The notes beneath the pieces were generated by a model that did no database searches, was not told where the DNA came from, and worked only from the letters and a program-made list of their open reading frames with translations. DNA of 64,000 nucleotides, taken from Candidatus Bathyarchaeota archaeon (lineage in GTDB: Archaea > Thermoproteota > Bathyarchaeia > 40CM-2-53-6). Shown here one piece after another: positions 29,282 through 38,451 of the stretch. Location of the stretch: assembly GCA_963733055.1 (NCBI GenBank), contig CAVTBR010000001.1, positions 640,001-704,000 on the forward strand, given 5' to 3'. The position numbers were made by a program, and so were the translations under genes. Position 1 is the first letter of the stretch, and each line of letters opens with the position of its first letter.

Positions 29282-30070
29282 TTGCAAAGTGCACCAGTTT
29301 TGGCCATTCTCTTGGTTATACTCACGATCGCAGCTGCAACGCCGGTCTTTGCCGATCAGACCTCGTTATACTTCCATGACAACTCGGAGATATCCTTCAC
29401 GTACCCCTCATTTCAGTTCGGAGGCTTTCAAGTGTCCGGTATTCAAGCGAGTCCCTCGAGTTCGAGCGGGCGAGTATTCGAGGTGGCGACACCTAGTGCA
29501 CCTTCTAGTGGTGGGGTGGCTGTGACGATGACGGCGACGATCTCCGTTTCAAGTCAACCCCAAGTTTACGCCGCGTTCGTAGCCTGGGTATCTAACCCCT
29601 TCTCCGCGACCGTGACGCTTGACGGGTCCGTGGTGATGCATGTTTGGATGAGTAGCAATGATAGTCTGTACCCGTGGCAAGGATCTGAATTCTTCATGGG
29701 TATCGCGGATTACTCACCCACCAACTCAACCCAGTTTCAGCTTCTAGACGGCTACCAGAGCACCGCCAGTATAGGATACAACGGCTTCACTAGTTCGCCA
29801 AATGAATACGTCGTCAACACGATGAGAATTAATCAACACCAGTTTCAGGCGGGCAGCATGCTGATGTTCATCGCGGGGGCGGGGTCTAACAAGCAAGGAT
29901 ACAGTTTCAACGTCTACTTTGACAGCCCCACCTGGCAATCCCGAGCAGACGTGCCCGCCGACCCCAGCCTAACCGTATCAGAATTCTCAAACCTACTCCC
30001 CATACTACTCTTGACCCTACTCCTACTCCCAATCGTTCAGATCAAACGTAGAAGGACTCGACTCGAATAG
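29282..30070 (+). CDS. Secreted beta-rich protein with a PEF-CTERM-like (SEF) sorting signal
   Basis: Signal peptide ending VFA; C-terminal TVSEFSN + Leu-rich TM helix + KRRRTR. Confidence 0.7.
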   Translation: MQSAPVLAILLVILTIAAATPVFADQTSLYFHDNSEISFTYPSFQFGGFQVSGIQASPSSSSGRVFEVATPSAPSSGGVAVTMTATISVSSQPQVYAAFVAWVSNPFSATVTLDGSVVMHVWMSSNDSLYPWQGSEFFMGIADYSPTNSTQFQLLDGYQSTASIGYNGFTSSPNEYVVNTMRINQHQFQAGSMLMFIAGAGSNKQGYSFNVYFDSPTWQSRADVPADPSLTVSEFSNLLPILLLTLLLLPIVQIKRRRTRLE

Positions 30071-30096
30071 TCGAGCGGTGTGGGGTTGGGCGGACC

Positions 30097-30888
30097 TTGA
30101 AGCCTCTAATAACACTGCTAACAGACTTCGGACTTCAAGACTCCTACGTCGCGGAAATGAAAGCGGCCGCCCTCTCGATTTGCCCCGACGCCAACCTAGT
30201 CGACATCACGCATCAAGTTGAGAAATTTAACATTCGAATGGGCGCCTTCATCCTAGCCAGCGCAACACCATACTTTCCACCGCGAACCATCCACCTAGCC
30301 GTCGTAGACCCAGGCGTAGGCAGCACCCGCCGCCCAATCGCCATAGAAACAAACCGTTCCCTTTACGTTGGCCCCGACAACGGATTACTGATCCCCGCCG
30401 CCACTGCCGAGGAAATTCGACATGCCTACGAGTTAACCAATAACTCGTTGATGAGGACCCCAGTCTCCTCCACATTTCAGGGACGGGACATTTTCAGCCC
30501 AGTAGCGGCGAACCTAGCCTTAGGATTACAACCCAAAGATGTGGGGCGGGAAATCATGGATTACGTGAAACTATCCTTCGCTGCGGCGAAGTATGATGGT
30601 AAAGAGTTTGTTTGCGAAGTTCTCCACATCGACGAGTTCGGGAACGTCATAACCAACATCCCCCAGAAAGAATTGAACAAACTGATCGAATACCCAAGGC
30701 TTGTCGTGAAGTTACGAGGAAAGCGTTTTCCGGTGAAGGTGGTTGGAACATTCTCAGAGTTGGGAAAACGAGAGTTAGGCGTTCTAGTAGGGAGTCATGG
30801 AACTCTTGAGATCGCAAGCCCCGAAGCTAGCGCAGCCAAGAGGCTTGGGGCTAGAACTGGCGGTGCCCTTCGCGTTGGTGGTGCCTAG
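30097..30888 (+). CDS. SAM hydroxide adenosyltransferase (DUF62; SAM-dependent halogenase family)
   Basis: LLTDFG..D, VDITH, VVDPGVG..RR, GPDNG, STFQGRDIF, IDEFGNVITN. Confidence 0.9.
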   Translation: MKPLITLLTDFGLQDSYVAEMKAAALSICPDANLVDITHQVEKFNIRMGAFILASATPYFPPRTIHLAVVDPGVGSTRRPIAIETNRSLYVGPDNGLLIPAATAEEIRHAYELTNNSLMRTPVSSTFQGRDIFSPVAANLALGLQPKDVGREIMDYVKLSFAAAKYDGKEFVCEVLHIDEFGNVITNIPQKELNKLIEYPRLVVKLRGKRFPVKVVGTFSELGKRELGVLVGSHGTLEIASPEASAAKRLGARTGGALRVGGA

Positions 30889-31417
30889 GGTCATCACTCA
30901 AGGTCAATTCCCTCAATCTTTCCTCTCCGGATATACTTTTGATGTATTCTGCCACAGGGGTTGGGACTAATTTTTCCCAGCTGTCGCCGTTAACCACTCG
31001 TTCCCTTATCTCGGTTGAGGAGTATGTTTCGCGGTCGTAGAATGGAATCGGTTCAACCCTGAACCCCGCCTCTTTGAATAGACGCGACGTTACGGGTTCA
31101 TTCGAGAATACCGTCCCGAACTTTGGGGTTTGAGATACGAGGTGTGAGACCCAGAGATCGTGAATGCGAAGATCACGGATGGGAATGAGGTAGTATTTTT
31201 CAGCGTCAATCTTCGCATCATCCAAAGCGAGCCTAATCATCGTGATGCGTTCGCCGGCGGTGAATGGGTTGTGAAGTGTGTGACTAAATTGGGCGCTCCC
31301 AATCGCGATGATAATTTCAGGCAAAGTCTTCAGGACGTACTTGACACATTCCAAGTGGCCTAGATGAAAAGGTTGGAACCTACCAATGAGAAGCCCGCGA
31401 TTCTCGTCGGTTTTCAA
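30851..31417 (-). CDS. nadM: Nicotinamide-nucleotide adenylyltransferase
   Basis: IGRFQPFHLGH, GSAQ.SHT..NPFTAGER, SSTEIR. Confidence 0.93.
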   Translation of the reverse strand: MKTDENRGLLIGRFQPFHLGHLECVKYVLKTLPEIIIAIGSAQFSHTLHNPFTAGERITMIRLALDDAKIDAEKYYLIPIRDLRIHDLWVSHLVSQTPKFGTVFSNEPVTSRLFKEAGFRVEPIPFYDRETYSSTEIRERVVNGDSWEKLVPTPVAEYIKSISGEERLRELTLSDDPRHHQREGHRQF

Positions 31418-31429
31418 ATCAAAGTTCCT

Positions 31430-32002
31430 TCAATTGGGCGCCCACATTGACTTCTCGGACACTTTTTGGTTATGAAATTTGACGCCCTCAAGTTCCAGCA
31501 ACCTACGTTTCATGTATGAACCAGTTGAGGGTTCACGGCCTCCCATCCCATAATTTCCAACCTTACCTGAAACGGGAACAACCCTGTGGCAGGGAACTAT
31601 GAGGGGGAACGGGTTCTTAGCGACCGCTGTACCAACTGCTCGCGAATACCGCTTTCCCCCCAGCCGGCGAGCAATAGCCCCATAAGTCGTCACCCGGCCT
31701 CGAGGAATCTTACAGAGCAACCCGTAGACTTTCTTCCGAAATGCAGAGACATTTGACAAGTCCAGACTACGCGGGTTTGCTACCTTGCCGTTACCTCTGA
31801 GGAACTCATATAGGACGCGAAAACTTGGATCGGCCCGACCCACTTTCCCTGTTTTGGCCAATCCTGATGGTAAAGCGCTTCGAACGGATCTTTCTGCTTC
31901 GCGGCGGCTCCTATCTGAGAATGAGCAGGCAACCATCTTCCCGTCACGGTTTCGAGCCAAAGAGAACCAGATTCCTCCTAGCTTGGCGGATTTGACTTCC
32001 AT
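31430..32002 (-). CDS. ogt: Methylated-DNA-protein-cysteine methyltransferase (MGMT/Ogt family)
   Basis: IPRGRVTTYG.IA, RAVG.A...NP, active-site PCHRV. The ATG at 32002 is preferred. Confidence 0.85.
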   Translation of the reverse strand: MEVKSAKLGGIWFSLARNRDGKMVACSFSDRSRREAERSVRSALPSGLAKTGKVGRADPSFRVLYEFLRGNGKVANPRSLDLSNVSAFRKKVYGLLCKIPRGRVTTYGAIARRLGGKRYSRAVGTAVAKNPFPLIVPCHRVVPVSGKVGNYGMGGREPSTGSYMKRRLLELEGVKFHNQKVSEKSMWAPN

Positions 32003-32118
32003 CAAGAATGACTCCTTGAGATGTTTCAGTATGCGATTGGTCGCTAGATAAAGGATGAGTGGAAGCCAAATTAGTTTCATTAATCTCTGTAGTTGATTAA
32101 TCCTCTATCACCTTCCAG

Positions 32119-33447
32119 ATGCTGGTTGCTCGATTGATTCAGGGCTTGGATTGGATTCAGAAACGAACTGGGCTTGACCCCGGAGCGAACTCTGATGCCC
32201 TGAGTTTTGTGCAGACCACATCCTCGACCATGTGTATGGAATGCCGGGGGAGTCGCATGCTCTGCGGAAAGGCCTACTGCCCAATCCTCTCCAAAGCTGA
32301 CATGTTAGTCAAACACTTACCGAAGCTCTCAAAGGAAGAGATCGATGGTTCCAGTCCACCTGGCGTGTTCGTGGGTCGTGTGGGCTATCCGAAAGTCTAC
32401 CTCGGTCCACTGATTCCTCCGGAGAAAGGTGACACACGAATTCTAGATACGCCAGAATTATGGATGGGTATCAGTATTCAAACCATAATCGATTATCGAT
32501 TCCGTTTGATCCGCGGCAAATCGCTGGTTGAAGTTCACGACGCGCAAGATCCCGGGAGGTATTTGCTTGATCTTCACGACTTGGCGCTGTCCTCGGCTTC
32601 GGTTGAAGTGAACGCGAAATTTAAGAAGAAACCCAGAATGGCTGTAACGTTGAGTGAGGAAACACAACCCTTCGGCCCATCGGCATTGATACAGAATCTG
32701 GAGATCGCTCCAAGTTCTGGGGACCAGAAGCTCGAAGCCGCATACTATGACGGCGACTTGCTTGCTGCAAACGGCATGGTCGAATTATACCGGGATGGGG
32801 TTGAAGTCTCGCGCATTCAGAAGACCCTCAGTCTCGGCATGCTTGGTGTTCAGGATCAAAGAAAGGTTGTTCCAACCCGCTTGAGCATAACCGCGGTCGA
32901 CGACACTCTATCTAAGCACCTACTCCAAAAGATCTACCACTACCCAACCCTCGACAAGTATCAGGTCTACAAGTTTGAGTATCTTGATAACTGGTACGCC
33001 GCGATCTTGTCCCCGCGAAATTGGGCTTTCGAGTGGATTGAAGCCTGGTTTCCAGGAACGGCTTGGAATGAGGCTGGGAGCGTTCCAGCACTAATGGGTG
33101 ACCATGAACCTTACGAAGGGAGGACGACCTACGCGTCGGTGGGAGGGTGCTATTACTCCACTAGACTTGCGGTGGCTGAGGCTTTAGAGCGTATGGGTAA
33201 ACAGGCGTCAGCTTTGGTTCTCCGTGAAATCCGGCCGGGATACGTTCTTCCTGTAGGCGTCTGGAATGTGAGGGAGAGCGTTCGCGCGGCGCTTAGAACT
33301 CAACCCACCGTATTCGACGACTTCCAACACGCGCTCCAGTTCGCCTGTAGAGATTTCAGAATTCAGCCGGGAGTCTGGGTTAGGAATAGTCACTTGATTC
33401 GCGAAGAAATGTTTCAGACTCGTCTGAATCAATACTTTCGTGTATGA
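32119..33447 (+). CDS. nreA: Archaeal DNA repair protein Nre
   Basis: N-terminal CxxC..CG..CP, GSSPP.VFVG..GYPKV, VPTR.SITAVDD, GGCYY, PVGVW.VRE and a C-terminal PIP box QTRLNQYF. Confidence 0.9.
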   Translation: MLVARLIQGLDWIQKRTGLDPGANSDALSFVQTTSSTMCMECRGSRMLCGKAYCPILSKADMLVKHLPKLSKEEIDGSSPPGVFVGRVGYPKVYLGPLIPPEKGDTRILDTPELWMGISIQTIIDYRFRLIRGKSLVEVHDAQDPGRYLLDLHDLALSSASVEVNAKFKKKPRMAVTLSEETQPFGPSALIQNLEIAPSSGDQKLEAAYYDGDLLAANGMVELYRDGVEVSRIQKTLSLGMLGVQDQRKVVPTRLSITAVDDTLSKHLLQKIYHYPTLDKYQVYKFEYLDNWYAAILSPRNWAFEWIEAWFPGTAWNEAGSVPALMGDHEPYEGRTTYASVGGCYYSTRLAVAEALERMGKQASALVLREIRPGYVLPVGVWNVRESVRAALRTQPTVFDDFQHALQFACRDFRIQPGVWVRNSHLIREEMFQTRLNQYFRV

Positions 33448-33567
33448 GAATATGTGTGGCGCAGTGTAGCGGTTAATGCTTAACGGTTAGTAGTGGAATC
33501 CACACAGGCTCTTTTTTTAGAATAGTGTTTAAAATGCAGATGCATGGACTCATCTATGTGATTTTCA

Positions 33568-34188
33568 ATGGCGCCCCGAAGTAAAGGACCCACTATCGTC
33601 TACTTGATTCTGTTAATCGCCTTAATCGTCACTTTAGTGCCGCAGACTTTTGCCGCATCAGCAATGAACTATGGGGATCAGAACGTGGAACAGTGGACGA
33701 GCACGATTGGTGGCAACATAGTTCAAGCCTACGTCATGTTTTCCGCTCCAGGCCCGATTGTAATCCGATCCGTCTCAATTTATATTCAGTATTCAGGTTC
33801 CGATGGGAGCCAATGCATGAGGTTCGGTATCTACCAAGACAACGGTAACGGCAGCCCGGCCGGACAAGCCCTCGTCGCCTCGACAGCATCCACTTACTGC
33901 CTACACGGCTCTGCAACCTGGGGGCCTGCTTGGGAAACTTGGAAACTACGGCCGAACGACACCCTAAGCATCCCTGCCGCTGGGGATTATTGGCTTGCCA
34001 CCCTCGCCTCACAAACCTACGGAAGCGTTTACCATTACGCATACAGTTCAAGCTACGACTATACCTACGGATACGCAACATACTTCTTCACCACGCCATA
34101 CGCTCAAGGCTTCCCAACTATCTTCAACAGTAACCCAGGCTGGGAAGGCAACGGCCCTTACAGCGCCTATGTAACCGCAACGTCATGA
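33568..34188 (+). CDS. Secreted beta-sandwich protein of unknown function
   Basis: Signal peptide ending TFA; aromatic/Ser/Gly-rich mature part (GIYQDNGNGSP, AGDYWLA). Confidence 0.6.
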   Translation: MAPRSKGPTIVYLILLIALIVTLVPQTFAASAMNYGDQNVEQWTSTIGGNIVQAYVMFSAPGPIVIRSVSIYIQYSGSDGSQCMRFGIYQDNGNGSPAGQALVASTASTYCLHGSATWGPAWETWKLRPNDTLSIPAAGDYWLATLASQTYGSVYHYAYSSSYDYTYGYATYFFTTPYAQGFPTIFNSNPGWEGNGPYSAYVTATS

Positions 34189-34231
34189 GCGGGACAAATC
34201 GAACACACCCATCTAGGATTGTGAACAAATA

Positions 34232-35494
34232 ATGCAGAAACCACGGATCTGGCTCCTCGTAACAGTTCTCACTATGCTATCTATCGTAATGTTCTCTAGT
34301 GTACCAGTTCATGCCGATCTAGCACTCACAACGGGCAGAATTTTTGGCTCCGCCGCGACCATTGACAGCGAGGGGAACCTGATCGCAATCGGAAGCAGTA
34401 CACCCTTCAGTAATGGACAATCCCAAGCATTCTTGATGAAGTATGTGCCTTCGCTGCCCGATTCTCCTTTACCCCAACTTTCCTGTTACAGGACCTTTGG
34501 AGACGGTGAACCGCTAGATACCTTCGGGTATAGCGTGGTCACAGACAGTTCGAACAACATCTACATAACCGGATCAACGCAAACTTTCGGTGGAGAAAAT
34601 TACAACGTGTTCCTTCAGAAGTATGATCAATCGTGCAATCTGCTCTACACTAAACAATGGGCAGGACAGGGCAACGATATCCCTCGTGGAATAGCCGTTG
34701 ACGCGGTGGACAACGTCTACATAACAGGGTCCACGGACAGCTTCAATAATGGCACAACCCAAATCTTCCTGCTGAAGTACACCTCCTACGGCGATCTCCA
34801 ATTTTCGAAGATCTGGGGAGGACTAAGGAATGATTACGGTAATGCCGTGGCCGTCGATCTCTTCGGCAACGTATACGTTGTAGGGACTACCGACAGTATC
34901 GGTGCTGGTGGCTCAGATATCATTCTTCTCAAATACGATTCGTCGGGTAGCTTACTATTCCAAAGGACGTGGGGCGGAACCCAGAACGATTTTGGAACTG
35001 GTGTAGCCGTTGACTCAGGCGGGTACGTTTACGTGACCGGTTACACCTACAGCTTAGGGCCAACGCCGGGAGTATCAGCAATCGTCTTGCTAAAATACGA
35101 TCCATCCGGCAACCTGTTGTTCCAGAAAACCTGGGGAGGCACGATGAACGATTTTGCAACTGCAATTACCACTGACATTGACGGGAACGTATACGTAACG
35201 GGTTACACGAAGAGCTTCAGCATAAACCGAGGCGTCCCGAGCGCTTTGCTATTGAAATTCGATCAATCCGGCAATTTGTTATTCCAGAGGAGTTGGGGCG
35301 GCAATAGAGGCGATTTCGCATATGGCGTCGCTGTCGATGCTGCAGAAAACGTCTATGTGACGGGATACACGTACAGCTTTGGCCCGAATGCTCAAGGCGC
35401 CAATTATTTCTTCCTGAGATATGACATTTCAGGTAACCTAGCATGGCAGAACATCTACGGCGGCGGGATTCCAGAAAACGGCCCATTCTCGTAA
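34232..35494 (+). CDS. Secreted SBBP-repeat beta-propeller protein
   Basis: Signal peptide and about six 53-55 aa repeats of WGG..ND.G..VAVD..GNVYVTGYT.S...FLLKYD.SG.L. Confidence 0.85.
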   Translation: MQKPRIWLLVTVLTMLSIVMFSSVPVHADLALTTGRIFGSAATIDSEGNLIAIGSSTPFSNGQSQAFLMKYVPSLPDSPLPQLSCYRTFGDGEPLDTFGYSVVTDSSNNIYITGSTQTFGGENYNVFLQKYDQSCNLLYTKQWAGQGNDIPRGIAVDAVDNVYITGSTDSFNNGTTQIFLLKYTSYGDLQFSKIWGGLRNDYGNAVAVDLFGNVYVVGTTDSIGAGGSDIILLKYDSSGSLLFQRTWGGTQNDFGTGVAVDSGGYVYVTGYTYSLGPTPGVSAIVLLKYDPSGNLLFQKTWGGTMNDFATAITTDIDGNVYVTGYTKSFSINRGVPSALLLKFDQSGNLLFQRSWGGNRGDFAYGVAVDAAENVYVTGYTYSFGPNAQGANYFFLRYDISGNLAWQNIYGGGIPENGPFS

Positions 35495-35626
35495 AGGACG
35501 TTGTGAATAGTCTCCCAAATCCTAGTTCATAGTTCAACAAACAGGCGAGCAGTACATCCATTAGTCATCAAGACCGACTTGATGACTGGCCATGCAGTAA
35601 CTCCCTGAACCCTGGCGCTAGCTGTC

Positions 35627-36406
35627 ATGAAACTAAAATCAATCCGCGCGTTCATGTTCGACCTTGATGGGACACTTTGGATTGGTAAAGAAAACCCTCG
35701 TTACTTGGGTGGGAAGCAACTCGTGAGGAGGCTCAAGGATTCTGGAAGGAAAACATTGGTCCTAACCAACGATTCCACACATTCGCGCGAAGAAATACAT
35801 CGAAACCTCACCAAACTTGGGTTTAGTTTTACGATTAATGAAATATTGACGTCAAGCTACTTGACCTCTCAGTATTTGACCAAACACTTTGGCAATGTAT
35901 CGTTCTTCCTGATTGGCGAAAACGGACTTAGACATGAACTGGAGACCGCGGGGCATTATGCGTCAGCTGAACCGGGAGTTGTGATCGTAGGTTTGGACAG
36001 GCAGTTGACCTATGAGAAACTCGACAATGGTCTGCAATTTCTCCGAGCCGGGGCTCGTTTGATTGGAAGCTATGGAGGAGCAGTATACATGAGCGATCGC
36101 GGACCTGCCCTGTCGGCAGGGTCTATAGTCAAGACGCTGGAGTTTGCAAGCGGGAAGAAAGCAGTAATGATTGGGAAACCATCCCCCCGAATGTTCACAC
36201 TCGCCCTTCAACTTGCCAAGGAAAATGCCGGCGAGGCCGTGATGATTGGAGACCAGATAGAAACAGACCTGGTCGGAGCGCGAAAGGCTGGAGTTCACAC
36301 AATCCTCGTCTTAACAGGAGTCGAGACCCGAGAATCAGTAAACCGTTCTAAAATTCAACCTGAGATGATCCTCGACAACCTAGACGAGCTCGGAAGTATT
36401 CTCTGA
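35627..36406 (+). CDS. HAD-IIA hydrolase (NagD-like)
   Basis: FDLDGTL, LTN, IGKPSP, MIGDQIETD..GA, VLTG. Confidence 0.9.
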   Translation: MKLKSIRAFMFDLDGTLWIGKENPRYLGGKQLVRRLKDSGRKTLVLTNDSTHSREEIHRNLTKLGFSFTINEILTSSYLTSQYLTKHFGNVSFFLIGENGLRHELETAGHYASAEPGVVIVGLDRQLTYEKLDNGLQFLRAGARLIGSYGGAVYMSDRGPALSAGSIVKTLEFASGKKAVMIGKPSPRMFTLALQLAKENAGEAVMIGDQIETDLVGARKAGVHTILVLTGVETRESVNRSKIQPEMILDNLDELGSIL

Positions 36407-36504
36407 ACTCTTCTTGCACCACGCGTCCCCTCAACTCCTGCATAACCCTTAAGACTACCCCGCCCGTGTTCATCCGTTACCGTTTGAACAGAGTCGACTT
36501 GAAA

Positions 36505-37104
36505 ATGTCAGAGGAAGAAGGACATGCAACCGGCAGAGCCGGCGTTTCGGCACCCAACGTAAAAGTCAGCGAACTCGGCCCCTACTCGAAACAGGTCAAT
36601 ACATCCGTCAAAGTCGTCCAGAAGGGCGAGGCTAGAGAAACAGTGTCACGACAAGACGGTACAACACACCGTGTGTTAGATGCACTTGTCGGGGATGATA
36701 CTGGAACCATCTACATGACGCTCTGGGACGAAAACATCGACAAAGTCAACGAAGGCGACAGCGTCAACGTCAAGAACGGTTACGTGAGACCGTTTAAGGG
36801 ATCAATGCGCCTAAACATTGGACGATACGGATCCCTGGAACCCGCTGAGACCCCACTTGGCGACGTCAACACAACGAACAACCTATCCGACAAAGTAGTC
36901 GAAGAACAACCCTACCGTTCCTATGGAGGCGGAAGACGCTTCGGAGGCGGCGGTGGCGGCTACGGCGGCGGACGGGGAGGCGGGTACGGCGGACGAGGCG
37001 GCGGCGGTGGCGGTTACGGACGAGGCGGCGGTGGCGGCTACGGCGGCGGACGAGGCCGGGGCAGAAGCTACGGCGACAGAGATCGCGGACGCGACCGATA
37101 CTAG
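36505..37104 (+). CDS. ssb: Single-stranded DNA-binding protein (single OB fold) with a Gly/Arg/Tyr-rich tail
   Basis: VGDDTGTI.MTLWD, KNGYV..FKG..RLNIGRYG, then an RGG/GGGYG low-complexity tail. Confidence 0.85.
   Translation: MSEEEGHATGRAGVSAPNVKVSELGPYSKQVNTSVKVVQKGEARETVSRQDGTTHRVLDALVGDDTGTIYMTLWDENIDKVNEGDSVNVKNGYVRPFKGSMRLNIGRYGSLEPAETPLGDVNTTNNLSDKVVEEQPYRSYGGGRRFGGGGGGYGGGRGGGYGGRGGGGGGYGRGGGGGYGGGRGRGRSYGDRDRGRDRY
36924..37075 (+). repeat. Low-complexity GGC-rich coding repeat (GGGYGGGRG units of the SSB tail)
   Basis: Recurrent ggcggcggtggcggctacggcggcggacg units. Confidence 0.8.
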
Positions 37105-37222
37105 CATCCGAAATGGCAGCTGAATGCTGCGAATAATCCCCCCAGAAATTTTCTTTTTCTGTTTTCCAACAGGTTAGCTAGGTATTTTCAAGAAGCAAGC
37201 ACAGGCCGAGTTTTGGAAGTAC

Positions 37223-37444
37223 CTAATCCAATTTTGACAGGGTTAGAATGAGTTCACGGAGCTTCTTGGGAAAACGTTTGGATTGGACCGTGTAGCCCTT
37301 CTGACGCAACATCTCTCCTAAGCGCGAGGACCCTGACCAAACCTCCTCCCTCGTAGTCCAACAGATCCTCCCATCCTGAAGGAACCAGATTTCGTTGTCA
37401 TTCGCTATGACCTCGACACCATCGATCCTTCTTCGCAAATCCAT
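37223..37444 (-). CDS. Small hypothetical protein
   Basis: 73-aa ORF with ATG that fills the gap and is divergent from the ParB-like gene. Confidence 0.5.
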   Translation of the reverse strand: MDLRRRIDGVEVIANDNEIWFLQDGRICWTTREEVWSGSSRLGEMLRQKGYTVQSKRFPKKLRELILTLSKLD

Positions 37445-37528
37445 ATCCGGTAGCCCTGCTCGAATTCCTTAAACAGAACGATTTAAGATTGTATACTTAC
37501 TCCTTGATGTGTCTGGGGTACCCACAAT

Positions 37529-38401
37529 TTGGCAATATTATCCGAGTTGGAAACGAACAAACTATTCGTCGGCGACATCAACGTCCGAAAATCCGTTGGG
37601 GATATAAATGAACTTAAACTCTCCATAGAAGAGAAAGGCATCCTTCAACCGCTCCTAGTCAGGCCCTTAAAGAATCGGTTCGAGATCGTGGTTGGTTCAA
37701 GGCGCTACGAAGCGGCCAAGTCCTTGGGCCTAAGGAGGGTACCCGTGATAATTAAACCGATGAGCGATACGGAAGCAGTCTCACTCTCACTAGTAGAGAA
37801 CATTCAGAGAAGCGACCTTGAGCTCGAAGAAGAGGCAGAGGGAGTGCTAAGGTTGATGAAGCTCGATCAGAAACGATTTGCCAACGCGAGATCAGTTGCG
37901 AAAGTTCTCGGCCGTTCGGAGAGCGCCGTCCGAGAACTCCTCGAAGCTTACGAATTAACCTTCAAACTTCGAGAAAAAGGAATGCAGATTCACGCAGGCA
38001 GAGCCCCACCTGAAGAGCAACGGCAACGAGGGGAAGCAATCCCACTCAAGCACACTGAACTCATCGCACGTGCCATAAAGTCTGCAGAAGTGAAAAGGCT
38101 GCCGACGCGCGAGTTCGACCGCAAGCTTCCAGAAATTGTCAGAGCAATAGCTCCTCTCCCTGAAGTGGATGCGAGGAAAGTGGTGGATCGCTTCAAGATG
38201 TTCCCCGAAAAATCGATTCAATCGATAAAGGAAGAAGCTCTTGCAAAGCAGACTGGGGTTGCTGTCAAGGTATACTTCTCACCAAAGATCGCCCGAGCCC
38301 TGAACCAAGCTGCCGAGGAACGAGACCTCTCTGAAGAGGAACTAGCCTCAATCGCCGTAGAAGAATGGCTCGTGCTGAAAGGATACTTGAAATCCGTCTG
38401 A
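37529..38401 (+). CDS. ParB/Spo0J-family protein (ParB-N domain, HTH, C-terminal ribbon-helix-helix)
   Basis: SIEEKGILQPLLVR, VGSRRY (GxRR), SLVENIQRSDL, HTH VAKVLGRSESAV, and C-terminal VKVYF..ALNQAAEE..LASIAVEEWL. Confidence 0.85.
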   Translation: MAILSELETNKLFVGDINVRKSVGDINELKLSIEEKGILQPLLVRPLKNRFEIVVGSRRYEAAKSLGLRRVPVIIKPMSDTEAVSLSLVENIQRSDLELEEEAEGVLRLMKLDQKRFANARSVAKVLGRSESAVRELLEAYELTFKLREKGMQIHAGRAPPEEQRQRGEAIPLKHTELIARAIKSAEVKRLPTREFDRKLPEIVRAIAPLPEVDARKVVDRFKMFPEKSIQSIKEEALAKQTGVAVKVYFSPKIARALNQAAEERDLSEEELASIAVEEWLVLKGYLKSV

Positions 38402-38451
38402 CACCTCAGCAATAATTCGAAAGTTTTGAAATATCAACCTGGGTTGCGGGA

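Noticed and set aside
30097-30888. Fluorinase or chlorinase for halometabolite synthesis
   Set aside because: The housekeeping context next to nadM fits the widespread archaeal DUF62 SAM hydrolase, and nothing supports halogenase specificity.
34470-35460. Regular ~160-bp periodicity as a possible CRISPR or DNA repeat array
   Set aside because: The repeats are degenerate at the DNA level and are explained by SBBP protein repeats. No CRISPR array or cas gene was seen.
36883-37123. Ala-rich ORFs 36923-37123 (+) and 36883-37107 (-)
   Set aside because: They are alternative-frame shadows of the GGC-rich SSB tail.
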